A DNA stretch of 64,000 nt from NCBI GenBank assembly GCA_963772585.1, contig CAVYXV010000013.1, forward strand, positions 62,555 through 126,554, written 5' to 3'. The first letter of the stretch is position 1. The number at the start of each line of letters is the position of its first letter. The position numbers and the translations under genes were made by a program. This document shows positions 1 through 8,265 of this stretch, piece after piece. The notes below the pieces were generated by a model. The model saw nothing but the letters and a program-made list of their open reading frames with translations, searched no databases and was not told where the DNA came from. Origin of the DNA: an uncultured Planctomycetota bacterium. Lineage in GTDB: Bacteria > Planctomycetota > PLA2 > JAEUHO01.

Positions 1-1
1 G

Positions 2-376
2 GAGATCGGTGACCGCATCGGCGAGCTCGTCCCACGGCTGATGGCCGTCGCGGGCCCGCACATGGCCGGCCCGCTCGTCGCGCGCTGGCTCGACTGGGAT
101 GGCGACCACGGGGAGATGGAGCTGGCCGTGCCCGTCCGCACGGCCGTCCAGGGCCTGGGCGACGTCCAACCCTCGACGCTGCCGGGCGGGCGCGCGGTGA
201 CGACGCTCCATGTCGGGCCCTACGACGGTCTCAAGGGCACGTGGGCGACCCTGGCCAAGTGGCTGGCGTCGAGCGAGCACGAGGGCAGGGACGCCCCCTG
301 GGAGGAGTACCTCGACGACCCGAGGAGCACCCCGCCGGACAAGCTCCGCACCCGGATCGTCTGGCCGATCGCGTAG
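2..376 (+). CDS. GyrI-like / AraC effector-binding domain protein; 5' end runs off the window start
   Basis: Open frame from the first base to TAG at 374-376. The C-terminal motifs (TLHVGPYDGL...WEEYLDDP) are typical of GyrI-like small-molecule-binding domains. Confidence 0.55.
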   Translation, partial: EIGDRIGELVPRLMAVAGPHMAGPLVARWLDWDGDHGEMELAVPVRTAVQGLGDVQPSTLPGGRAVTTLHVGPYDGLKGTWATLAKWLASSEHEGRDAPWEEYLDDPRSTPPDKLRTRIVWPIA

Positions 377-403
377 CCGGCGCCGAGCCGGGGGGGAGGC
401 TCG

Positions 404-1339
404 TCACTCCGCCTTGCGCGGGATCTCCGAAGAGGTCCCGACGACCAGCGCGTCTCCCGCCACGCGCCAGGCGAGGTCGTAGGGCAGCAGCAGCGTGTCC
501 AGGACCCCGGCGACGGTAGCGTCCTCGAGGTACAGGGTGACCCGCATGGTCTTCAGCTTCGCCGACGCCGCATCCGTCACGCGAAGCGTCCGCCCCAGGC
601 GTTGGGCCACGCTCTCCAGCACGTCCCGGGTCGAAGCGTTCGCCAGCGAGAGGTCGTCCATCGACGTCGTCGCGGGGTCGGCGACCGAGGCGGAGGGCAC
701 GGCGGGCTTCGCTTCGGACGCCGTCGCGCCGCCGAACCGAAACGTCGTGCGGAGCCGGTGGAGCGGGGCCCCGACCCGTCGGAATGCGTCCTTCGCATGC
801 GTCTCGATCCAGGCTCGGAGCGAGGCCGTGTCGCCCGTCAGGTGGACCTGCCGGAGCGCGAGGTCGCCGCTCGCTCCCTCGACCCGTCCCTCGAGGTCTC
901 CCGCGAGGACGCCCTTCGCGAAGCAGGCGACGTCGGGAACGTAGAGCCAGAGATCGTCCTTGGACGCCTCGTCGTACTCGTAGCCGCAGATGCCGTACGC
1001 GTGCGTCTCGTCCGGATTCTGCACGCTCAGGTATCGGCGTCCTCCGATCGTCGTGGGAAGAAGGGGGGTGCGCACCGCTCGAACGTGCTGGTCGCGATCG
1101 AGACCGACGAGGCCGAGTTGCATCGCATCCGCCCCCGCCTGGCCCCGGCCCACGACGAAGATGAAGGGCAGGTCCGTCGGGTTGGACTCTCCCTCCTTCG
1201 TCGCGACCCAGTACCCGACCAGGTCCGGATCGACCTTGGTAGCAAGGCCTTCGCTCAACGGGTAGGCGCTGTCCACACTGCCGCATCCGGCGGCGACGGC
1301 GCCAAGGAGGACGACGAGAGAGACGGCCGTGATGCGCAT
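404..1339 (-). CDS. lipoprotein with a C-terminal STN/secretin-like domain
   Basis: ATG at 1339 preceded by GGGAGAA. Signal peptide plus lipobox (LLGAVAAGC). C-terminal motif (DVLESVAQRLGRTLRV...LYLEDATVAGVLDTLL) resembles the secretin/TonB short N-terminal (STN) domain of FecR-type proteins. Confidence 0.6.
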   Translation of the reverse strand: MRITAVSLVVLLGAVAAGCGSVDSAYPLSEGLATKVDPDLVGYWVATKEGESNPTDLPFIFVVGRGQAGADAMQLGLVGLDRDQHVRAVRTPLLPTTIGGRRYLSVQNPDETHAYGICGYEYDEASKDDLWLYVPDVACFAKGVLAGDLEGRVEGASGDLALRQVHLTGDTASLRAWIETHAKDAFRRVGAPLHRLRTTFRFGGATASEAKPAVPSASVADPATTSMDDLSLANASTRDVLESVAQRLGRTLRVTDAASAKLKTMRVTLYLEDATVAGVLDTLLLPYDLAWRVAGDALVVGTSSEIPRKAE

Positions 1340-1429
1340 GGCGATTCTCCCGAGGAGGCCGGTCGGCACACCAGCGTAGGTCCATGCGCGAGGGCGGGCG
1401 AGCCCCCCCTCTCCCTTCGATCCCGGGGA

Positions 1430-3379
1430 TCAGCCCCCGAGGGCGACGTCGGGAGAGCGCCGAGGGGCCCCCCGGGGCATGTCGGGCCATGCGCGGTCGG
1501 TGACGGAGAGCGGTCGGGCGAGAAGCCCCGCGAGGGCGCCGTCATCGAGGACCAGTCGCGAGCGCCCGAGGCGCGGACACGCGCCGCCCTCCTCCACCGC
1601 CTCTACCGACACCACGTGGGCCGCGGGGGCGTGCTCCGCTTCCAGGATGTCCAGATCGATGCCCGCCCCGGGCTCAGGCGTCCTCTCGCGATCGTGCAGG
1701 GCCTCGAACACGTCGTGCTCTCGGCGTCGCACGAGGAGTGCCGGTGCCGTGCCGATGCGCACCGGGATGTGGAGAAGCACCTCGCCGGCCGCCGCGTCGA
1801 TCCCGCGAAGCGACACCGTTACGAGCGGCGCCGCCTTGTTCTTCACGGAGAGCGGCGGCATCCGGTACCCGTACGCGTGCTCCTGGATGCGCTCCCAGGC
1901 GGCGGGTCCGGCGAGGACCTGCTCGGCGCAAGCGCGGCTCTCGATGCGCATGGCGGTGTTCACGGTGTCGCCGATGACCGTGTACTCCATCCGGCTTTCC
2001 GCGCCGATGTTCCCCGCGACGACGGGGCCGAACTCGAAGCCGACGCCCATGGCCAGCGGCCGCTCTCCGTCCTGGTGGCGCTCGCAGTTGAGCATCCACA
2101 GAGCGTTCTGCATCGCGAGGCCGGCGCGCCCGGCCTGGAGCGTGTGGTTCGCTTCCTCGAAGGGGATGCCCCAGAGCGCCATGATGCAGTCGCCGATGAA
2201 CTTGTCGATCGCGCCACCGGCATCGCGGATGCACGGCACCATGCGATCGAAGAAGGTGTTCATCATCGCGACGATGCCCTCGGGATGCATGCGCTCGGAG
2301 AGGCTCGTGAACCCCACGACATCCGCGAAGAGCGCCGTGCAGTCGCAGGCGGCGCCGCCGAGGTCGATCTTCACCTCTCCGTGGAGCGCCTGCTCCGCCA
2401 CCGGCGCGGGCAGGAAGCGCATGAGGTTCTGCTTGGTCAGGGCCTCCCGCTCGACCTGCTCGACGAGCGCGGCGTTGCTCATGCTGATGGCGATCTGTCG
2501 TCCGACGGCGGCGGCGAGTTGCATGTCGGCGACGCCGAAGGGCCGGAGGTGGTCCTTCGTGTCCACCACGAGCAGGCCGAGGGTGTCGTCGCGAACGATC
2601 AGGGGGATGACGAGCGCGCTCCAGATGTTGAGCGTGAGGAGGCTCCGCGCGGCCCACTCGGACTTGTCGGGCTCGCTCCGGTAGACGATGACCTCCTTCT
2701 TCTCGAGCGCGGCCCGACAGAGCGTCGAGGAGAGGGCCGGCGTCTTCGTCGTCTCCTCGCCCCGAAAGCGCACGGCGCGCGGCTGGAGGGCTTCGTAGGC
2801 ATCCCCCAGCATGACGAAGGCCCGTTCGGCCTGGGGAAAGACGTCCAGCAGGCTCGCGAGGGAACGGTCGAGCGCCTCGCCGAAGCTGGGGATGCTCGCG
2901 AGGCTCTCCGCCACCCCCATCACCGTGTCCAGGCGGCGCTGCATGGCGGGGACGGACATCTCCGGCGCGGGCCCGCCGGCCTCGGCCAGGATGGACATCG
3001 TCGCGTAGGGGAGCAGGTGGGGATCGGAGGGCGAGATGGAGAACGCGCCGTCGTCGGCCCGCTCTCCGGTGCCGGCTTCCTCCTCTTCCTCCTCGTCCTC
3101 GTCCACGATGCCGAGAACGGTATCCCCCACGCGCACGCGGTCGCCGTGCTTCAGGACGCCTCGTTCCACGCGCTCGCCGTCGAGGAGCGTGCCGTACGAC
3201 GAGCCCTCGTCCTTCACCACGAGGTCCAGACCCTCCATGAGGAAGACGGCGTGGCGGCGACTGACCTTGGAGTCCGCGAGCACGAGGTCGGAGGAGGAGA
3301 GACGACCGACGACGACCTCGCCCTGCACCTTCGCAGCGAGCCCCCGGTTGACGCCCTCGACGACCTGGATGCGATACAC
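1430..3379 (-). CDS. FHA domain - GAF domain - class III adenylate/guanylate cyclase
   Basis: FHA motifs (VYRIQVVEG...SRRHAVF...SSYGTLLDG), an acidic linker (DEDEEEEEE), a GAF block, and cyclase motifs (FADVVGFTSL, FIGDCIMALWG, TVIGDTVNTAMRIES). GTG start at 3379 chosen because GGAGG lies 7 nt upstream; the upstream 255 nt of the ORF are Arg/Pro-rich junk. Confidence 0.8.
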   Translation of the reverse strand: MYRIQVVEGVNRGLAAKVQGEVVVGRLSSSDLVLADSKVSRRHAVFLMEGLDLVVKDEGSSYGTLLDGERVERGVLKHGDRVRVGDTVLGIVDEDEEEEEEAGTGERADDGAFSISPSDPHLLPYATMSILAEAGGPAPEMSVPAMQRRLDTVMGVAESLASIPSFGEALDRSLASLLDVFPQAERAFVMLGDAYEALQPRAVRFRGEETTKTPALSSTLCRAALEKKEVIVYRSEPDKSEWAARSLLTLNIWSALVIPLIVRDDTLGLLVVDTKDHLRPFGVADMQLAAAVGRQIAISMSNAALVEQVEREALTKQNLMRFLPAPVAEQALHGEVKIDLGGAACDCTALFADVVGFTSLSERMHPEGIVAMMNTFFDRMVPCIRDAGGAIDKFIGDCIMALWGIPFEEANHTLQAGRAGLAMQNALWMLNCERHQDGERPLAMGVGFEFGPVVAGNIGAESRMEYTVIGDTVNTAMRIESRACAEQVLAGPAAWERIQEHAYGYRMPPLSVKNKAAPLVTVSLRGIDAAAGEVLLHIPVRIGTAPALLVRRREHDVFEALHDRERTPEPGAGIDLDILEAEHAPAAHVVSVEAVEEGGACPRLGRSRLVLDDGALAGLLARPLSVTDRAWPDMPRGAPRRSPDVALGG

Positions 3380-3544
3380 GCGCGTGCCTCCGGCGGAGGA
3401 GGATACCCGAGAGGGCGCGCGGACCGGTCGGCGCGCCGCCCGGCGTGATCTTCCTGGCCGGCACGACCCCCGAACGGGCCTTGCATCGCGCGGCCCGGGT
3501 CCGCATCTCGCGCAGGATGCGTCCAAGCGCGGAAACGGCGGACA

Positions 3545-4147
3545 ATGGCCGCGCCGATGGCCGAAGGCTCCGTCCACGACCGCATCGTCGCCCTCCTCGC
3601 CGACCGGGGCGTGCCGTTTCGGGAGACTCACCACGCCCCCGTGCGCACCTCCGAGGAGGCGGCCGCCGCCCGGGGAGAGCCCATGGCGATCGGGGGGAAG
3701 AGCCTGGTGCTGCGAGTGTCGGACAAGATCCCGCGCTCGGGCGACGGCGGGCCTCGGCGGACCGTGCAGGCCGGCAAGGAGAGGGCGTCGCGGGACGGCC
3801 CGCGCCTGCGGGACGAGTTGCGCACACGCCCCGCAGCCGAACCCCGCTTCGTTCTCTTCGTGCTACCCGCGGCGATGCGCCTTCCTTCCGCCGAAGCGCG
3901 AAGGGCGACCGGAGCCCGGCGCTCCCGGTTCGCGACGGAGAGGGAACTCCGGGCGCTCACCCACTGCGTGCCCGGCTGCGTCCCTCCCTTCGGGGAGCCG
4001 ATCCTGCCCCTCCCCCTCTACGCCCACCGCGCGCTGCTTCGAAACGACCGCATCGCCTTCACGCCCGGCGTCCGCGACGCGTCGATCCTCATGGCGACGG
4101 CGGACTGGGCGCGCCTGGCCCGCCCCCGCTGGTTCGGCGGCGGATAG
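3545..4147 (+). CDS. YbaK/ProX-type aminoacyl-tRNA deacylase (trans-editing domain protein)
   Basis: HHAPVRTSEEAA...GGKSLVL and CVPGCVPPFGEPI motifs typical of the YbaK/ProRS-associated editing domain. Confidence 0.7.
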   Translation: MAAPMAEGSVHDRIVALLADRGVPFRETHHAPVRTSEEAAAARGEPMAIGGKSLVLRVSDKIPRSGDGGPRRTVQAGKERASRDGPRLRDELRTRPAAEPRFVLFVLPAAMRLPSAEARRATGARRSRFATERELRALTHCVPGCVPPFGEPILPLPLYAHRALLRNDRIAFTPGVRDASILMATADWARLARPRWFGGG

Positions 4148-4299
4148 GGGGCCGCCCCTCTCCGACGGCCTCCGCAGCGATCTCTTGCCGGTCTCGGTCC
4201 GTGCCACGTCCGGGCTTGACGCCGTGGTGCCCGCGAGCCTACGATGAATCGGTCCCTTCCGACCCGGGGAGACGCAGTGTGCATGGCGCGCATCCGTGG

Positions 4300-5223
4300 A
4301 TGCGGCGGGCAGGGGCCTTGTGGCTTCTCGCCGCCGCGATGGGACTTCCCTCCGCGAGGGCGGACGAGCCGAAGCCCCCCGACCTCCCGCGACTCGGCAC
4401 GATCGGCCGGCGACCCGATCCCTCGGTGGTGATCCCGGTCGCGATCGACCGCGACGGACGGATCACCGTGGACGGCGGACGGTCCCTCGGGCTCGCCGAG
4501 CTCCGCGACGAGCTTCGCCGTCGAACCGACAAGTCCGAGTGGCGAAACGACGATGGCACGAGCAACCGCGTCCTGCTGGTGGACGCCGACGCCGCCGTCC
4601 CGTGGCGGCTCGGGCAGTGGGTGGTCCAGGTCGCCGCCGACCCGCGGATCCAGATCTCCCGGATCTTCTTCGGCGCGCGCCCCCTGGAGGGCGAAGGACG
4701 CGGCGCGATCGGCTGGACGCTTCCCGTGGATCGCGGACTCAGCCGCTCCGGGACCTTCCCGGATCCGATCCGACACGTCGCCATCAAGGCCTTCGCCGCC
4801 GCGGACGCCGATCGCTCCGATCCGCAGGGCGTGGCGGCGTCGGTCCGGCGCGCGCTGGCGGATGGGAAGGACGGCGAGCCGGCGATCTTCGAGGTGAAGG
4901 CACCGCCGCCCCTCGGCGCGGGCGTCCCGACGGGGACGGTGATGGCCATCCTCGACGTGCTCCACCGCGCCGGTGCACGGGACGTCCGGTTCGAGGGCGC
5001 GGCGCCGCCGCAGGACGCGAGCGCGAACGCGATCCGGGCGTGGGTGAAGGAAACGCGGGCCACGAAGGCCATCCCCTATCTCGTGATGGACGGAAAGGTC
5101 GTCCCCCCCGCCGTGGAGGACGCCGCGCTGGCCAAGCCCGGGGGCTTGCGGGACGCGCTCGTGGGGTTCGGCAGGCTGGCCGGCAATCCCCCCCACGTTG
5201 CGGTGGAGGCACCGGACAAGTAG
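4300..5223 (+). CDS. secreted hypothetical protein with two ExbD/TolR-like domains
   Basis: Signal peptide MRRAGALWLLAAAMGLPSARA. Two repeated ExbD-like segments (RITVDGG...NRVLLVDADAAVPW...VVQ and PAIFEVKAP...VMAILDVLHRAGARDVRF). The upstream 285 codons of the ORF are junk. Confidence 0.5.
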   Translation: MRRAGALWLLAAAMGLPSARADEPKPPDLPRLGTIGRRPDPSVVIPVAIDRDGRITVDGGRSLGLAELRDELRRRTDKSEWRNDDGTSNRVLLVDADAAVPWRLGQWVVQVAADPRIQISRIFFGARPLEGEGRGAIGWTLPVDRGLSRSGTFPDPIRHVAIKAFAAADADRSDPQGVAASVRRALADGKDGEPAIFEVKAPPPLGAGVPTGTVMAILDVLHRAGARDVRFEGAAPPQDASANAIRAWVKETRATKAIPYLVMDGKVVPPAVEDAALAKPGGLRDALVGFGRLAGNPPHVAVEAPDK

Positions 5224-5277
5224 GCGGTACGGCGATACGGAGCCACGGGGCGGTACGGAGCCGGGCTCCGGTACGCC
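5224..5277. repeat. REP-like palindromic units (GGTACGGAGCC-G-GGCTCC) upstream of the hydrolase gene
   Basis: ggcggtacggcgatacggagccacggggcggtacggagccgggctccggtacg contains the same GGTACGGAGCC half-sites as the array downstream of the gene (see 6098-6338). Confidence 0.6.
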
Positions 5278-5317
5278 AAGGAGTTTCGTTCACAGCCAGG
5301 CTTCGTACGGTACGGGG

Positions 5318-6085
5318 ATGGACGCGTACGAGACCCGGCGGATCGAGTTTCCCAACGACGAGGGCGAGTTGCTCGCGGCGCGCCTGGAGGTGCCGACCGA
5401 TGCGGCGCGGGCGTATGCGGTCTTCGCCCATTGCTTCACGTGCTCGAAGGACGTCTTCGCGGCGTCGCGGGTGAGCCGTGGGCTGACGGCCCACGGGATC
5501 GCCGTCCTGCGCTTCGACTTCACGGGGATCGGCGGCAGCGAAGGCGACTTCGCGAATACCAACTTCTCGTCGAACGTGGAGGACCTCGTCTCCGCCGCGC
5601 GCTGGTTGGAGGAGGAACATCGACCCCCCTCGCTGTTGATCGGACACAGCCTCGGCGGAGCGGCGGTGCTGGTCGCCGCCGCGTCGCTCCCGTCGGTCCG
5701 CGCCGTCGCGACGATCGCCGCGCCGTCGGACCCGCGGCACGTGGCGGAACTGCTCGGCCCGGTCGCCGAGCGGATCGAGGAGAAGGGCCTTGCCGCCGTC
5801 TCGCTGGGCGGCCGGACCTTCCGGATCCGCAAGCAGTTCCTGGACGACCTGCAGGACCAGCGCCTGGAGCGGGACCTCGCCCACGGACCGTCGCGCGCCC
5901 TCGTGATCTTCCACTCGCCCGCGGACGAGGTCGTGCCGATCGAGCACGCCCGGCGGCTGTTCGACGCGGCGCGACACCCGAAGAGTTTCGTGTCCCTCGA
6001 CGACGCGGACCACCTGCTCAGCCGCGAGGAGGACTCCCGCTACGTCGCGGAGGTCCTCGCCGCGTGGAGCCGCCGGTACCTCTGA
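5318..6085 (+). CDS. alpha/beta hydrolase (dienelactone-hydrolase/esterase fold)
   Basis: ATG at 5318. Nucleophile elbow GHSLGG, conserved Asp, and HSPADEVVP...H near the C-terminus. Confidence 0.8.
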   Translation: MDAYETRRIEFPNDEGELLAARLEVPTDAARAYAVFAHCFTCSKDVFAASRVSRGLTAHGIAVLRFDFTGIGGSEGDFANTNFSSNVEDLVSAARWLEEEHRPPSLLIGHSLGGAAVLVAAASLPSVRAVATIAAPSDPRHVAELLGPVAERIEEKGLAAVSLGGRTFRIRKQFLDDLQDQRLERDLAHGPSRALVIFHSPADEVVPIEHARRLFDAARHPKSFVSLDDADHLLSREEDSRYVAEVLAAWSRRYL

Positions 6086-6097
6086 CGTTCGGTACGG

Positions 6098-6338
6098 CGG
6101 TACGGAGCCTGGCTCCCGATCAAACCCTTCGACGGTACGGAGCCTGGCTCCCGATCCGACCTTTCGACGGTACGGAGCCTGGCTCCCGATCAGACCTTTT
6201 GCACCCCGACGGGCTCCCCCGAGCGCGTCGAGGGCCCTACTTCCGGGCGCTCCCGGCGAACCGTGTGCATCGGAGCCAGGCTCCGTAGCGAGGCTCCGTA
6301 GCGCGAAAAGGTGTGCCTGGGAGCCAGGCTCCGTACGG
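6098..6338. repeat. array of REP/BIME-like palindromic repeats: 3 direct 35-bp-period units then 2 inverted units
   Basis: CGGTACGGAGCCTGGCTCCCGATC at 6098, 6133 and 6168; the core GGAGCC-T-GGCTCC is a perfect palindrome. Inverted copies GGAGCCAGGCTCCGTA at 6272 and 6319. The array sits between convergent genes (hydrolase stop 6085, HEAT gene stop 6340). Confidence 0.8.
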
Positions 6339-6339
6339 A

Positions 6340-8199
6340 CTACGGCGCGCTTCGGCCTACGAAGGAGCGGCGACAGGACTCGAGGATCGGCGCCGCGACG
6401 GGGGAGGCGGCGGCGATCGCCTCGTCGAGGGCCTTCGCCGTGCCGGACCACCGCGGTCCGAGGGTCGCGAGCGCGACGTACAGCATCCCCTCCCCTCGTC
6501 CCTTCGAAGCGATGGACGCGGCGTAGCGCCCGAGGAGCGCGGGCACGCTCGTGGCGGCGCTGGACGGGCGGCGGGTCAGCGCGCTCGCGGCGAGCCAACG
6601 CGTCGCGTCGTCGTCGAGCGCGGCGACGAGGATCGGCACCAGCCGACTCTCCGGCTCCCCGATCTTGCAGAGCGCATTCAACGCCACCTGCCGCGTGGAC
6701 GCCTCCTCGTCGTGGAGGTGCCGCTCGATCAGCAAGAGGAGCCGGGACGAGTCGGCGGGAGCGTCCGTGGCCGTGAAGAAGCGCAAGGCCGAACGGACGT
6801 CCCCGTCGCCGTCGGGATTCTCGAGCCCCGCCAGGGCCAGGGCCGTCGCCTCCTCCGGGAGGAGCTTGGCGTCCAGGAGCGCCCACGCGACCCGCAGCTT
6901 GTCGCCCGCGTCCCCCTCCTTCGCCCTCGCGAGCAGGAACGCGACCCCGTCGGTTCCGGGGAAGCGGGCGAGGGCGTGCGCGGCGCTGCGGCCGACGACG
7001 GAGCTCTCGTAGTGCCCCTCCAACCACGTGAGCGCCTCCGGGGTGTCCGCCGGCGGGTCCATCCGTGCCACCTGGTCCACCGCCTTGCTCCGGAGGCGAT
7101 CCGAGTCGGACTCGGCGATCCGGAGGAGTACGTCCACCTGCGGACGGACGTCGGCGCCCGCGTCGAGCAACGCCTGGAAGGCGTAGAGGCGCTCGTCGTC
7201 GGTCTCGCCGTCGCGCGCGATGGCGACGAGCGCGGCGCGGCCGGCCTCGCCGAGCGCGGCCAGGGCCTGGCCGGCCCCGACCCCGTGCTCCTCCTGCAGG
7301 AGCCGGGCGAGGGCTCCCACCACGTACGGGGTCGCGACGCCCGACGCCCCCAGCGCCGCCGCCGCCGCGCGGCGGACGTGCGGGTCGTAGTCGTCGAGCA
7401 GAGGGACGACGTCGGGGACCAGGGGGGCACCCGCGGGCCCCAGCGTCGCGAGCGCGTCGAGCAGTCCCGGCCGCGCATCGGTGTCCTCGAGGATCGCGAC
7501 GCGGAGGCTCCTCAGCACGTCGGGAGTACCGCCGGCGATCGCGGCGAGCGCCCTGGCCGCCTGGGCGGGAAGACCCCGCAGCGGAGGCTGGAGTCGCTCC
7601 AGGAGGAAGGGGACGGCGTCGGCGGCCGCGGGACCGATCTGCTGCAGGCTGAAGAAGGCGACCGTACTGCTCCAACCGTAGGCACGGGTCATCGGGACGC
7701 GCTGGAGATACGCGACCAGCGACGCGGTGGCCGGGGCGGCGTCCGGCCCCATCGTCCGGAGCGCTTGCAGCACCATGCCGTCGCGGAGGTCGCTCTCCGT
7801 CCCCAACATGGCCGCCAGCACGCGCGCGCCGTCCGGCCCGAACGCGGCCAGCGCGAGCGTGAGTCGCTGGAGACCGATGCGGCGCCGGGCGAGCTCGGCG
7901 TCCGACAGCTTCGCGAGGGCGGCGAGGCGATCGAAGAGCGTGGGGTCCCGGGAGGCCCGCTCGCGAATCGTGGCCGCGCGGACGCCGTCGCTGCCGCGCC
8001 AATCGATGCCCTCCAGGAACGCCGCCACGTCGACTTCGCGCGGGGCGCCGACGAGCACGGGGGCTTGCCCGGGAACCGTCGGAGCCGCTTCGTCTTGCCC
8101 GGCGTAGGGCTCGGGCGAAGGGAAGAGGGACCGTCCCACCCCCACGAGCAGGCCCGCGGCGAGCAGCACGACCAGGAGGGGAAGGGCCCTTTGCGCCAC
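6340..8199 (-). CDS. HEAT/PBS-lyase repeat protein with N-terminal signal peptide
   Basis: Repeated DxxVRxAAAxALG-type HEAT units throughout. N-terminal hydrophobic leader. Lies 67 bp downstream of the kinase gene on the same strand. Confidence 0.7.
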   Translation of the reverse strand: MAQRALPLLVVLLAAGLLVGVGRSLFPSPEPYAGQDEAAPTVPGQAPVLVGAPREVDVAAFLEGIDWRGSDGVRAATIRERASRDPTLFDRLAALAKLSDAELARRRIGLQRLTLALAAFGPDGARVLAAMLGTESDLRDGMVLQALRTMGPDAAPATASLVAYLQRVPMTRAYGWSSTVAFFSLQQIGPAAADAVPFLLERLQPPLRGLPAQAARALAAIAGGTPDVLRSLRVAILEDTDARPGLLDALATLGPAGAPLVPDVVPLLDDYDPHVRRAAAAALGASGVATPYVVGALARLLQEEHGVGAGQALAALGEAGRAALVAIARDGETDDERLYAFQALLDAGADVRPQVDVLLRIAESDSDRLRSKAVDQVARMDPPADTPEALTWLEGHYESSVVGRSAAHALARFPGTDGVAFLLARAKEGDAGDKLRVAWALLDAKLLPEEATALALAGLENPDGDGDVRSALRFFTATDAPADSSRLLLLIERHLHDEEASTRQVALNALCKIGEPESRLVPILVAALDDDATRWLAASALTRRPSSAATSVPALLGRYAASIASKGRGEGMLYVALATLGPRWSGTAKALDEAIAAASPVAAPILESCRRSFVGRSAP

Positions 8200-8265
8200 G
8201 TCTTCTCCGCGCCCGGTTGTACCGGAGATCGCCCCGCACGGGGAAGGGTCGATCGCCGCCGCGGG

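Noticed and set aside
602-3827. Overlapping 948-aa (+) and 717-aa (-) ORFs across the FHA-GAF-cyclase locus
   Set aside because: Only the 1430-3379 minus frame carries FHA, GAF and cyclase motifs; the others are compositional artefacts.
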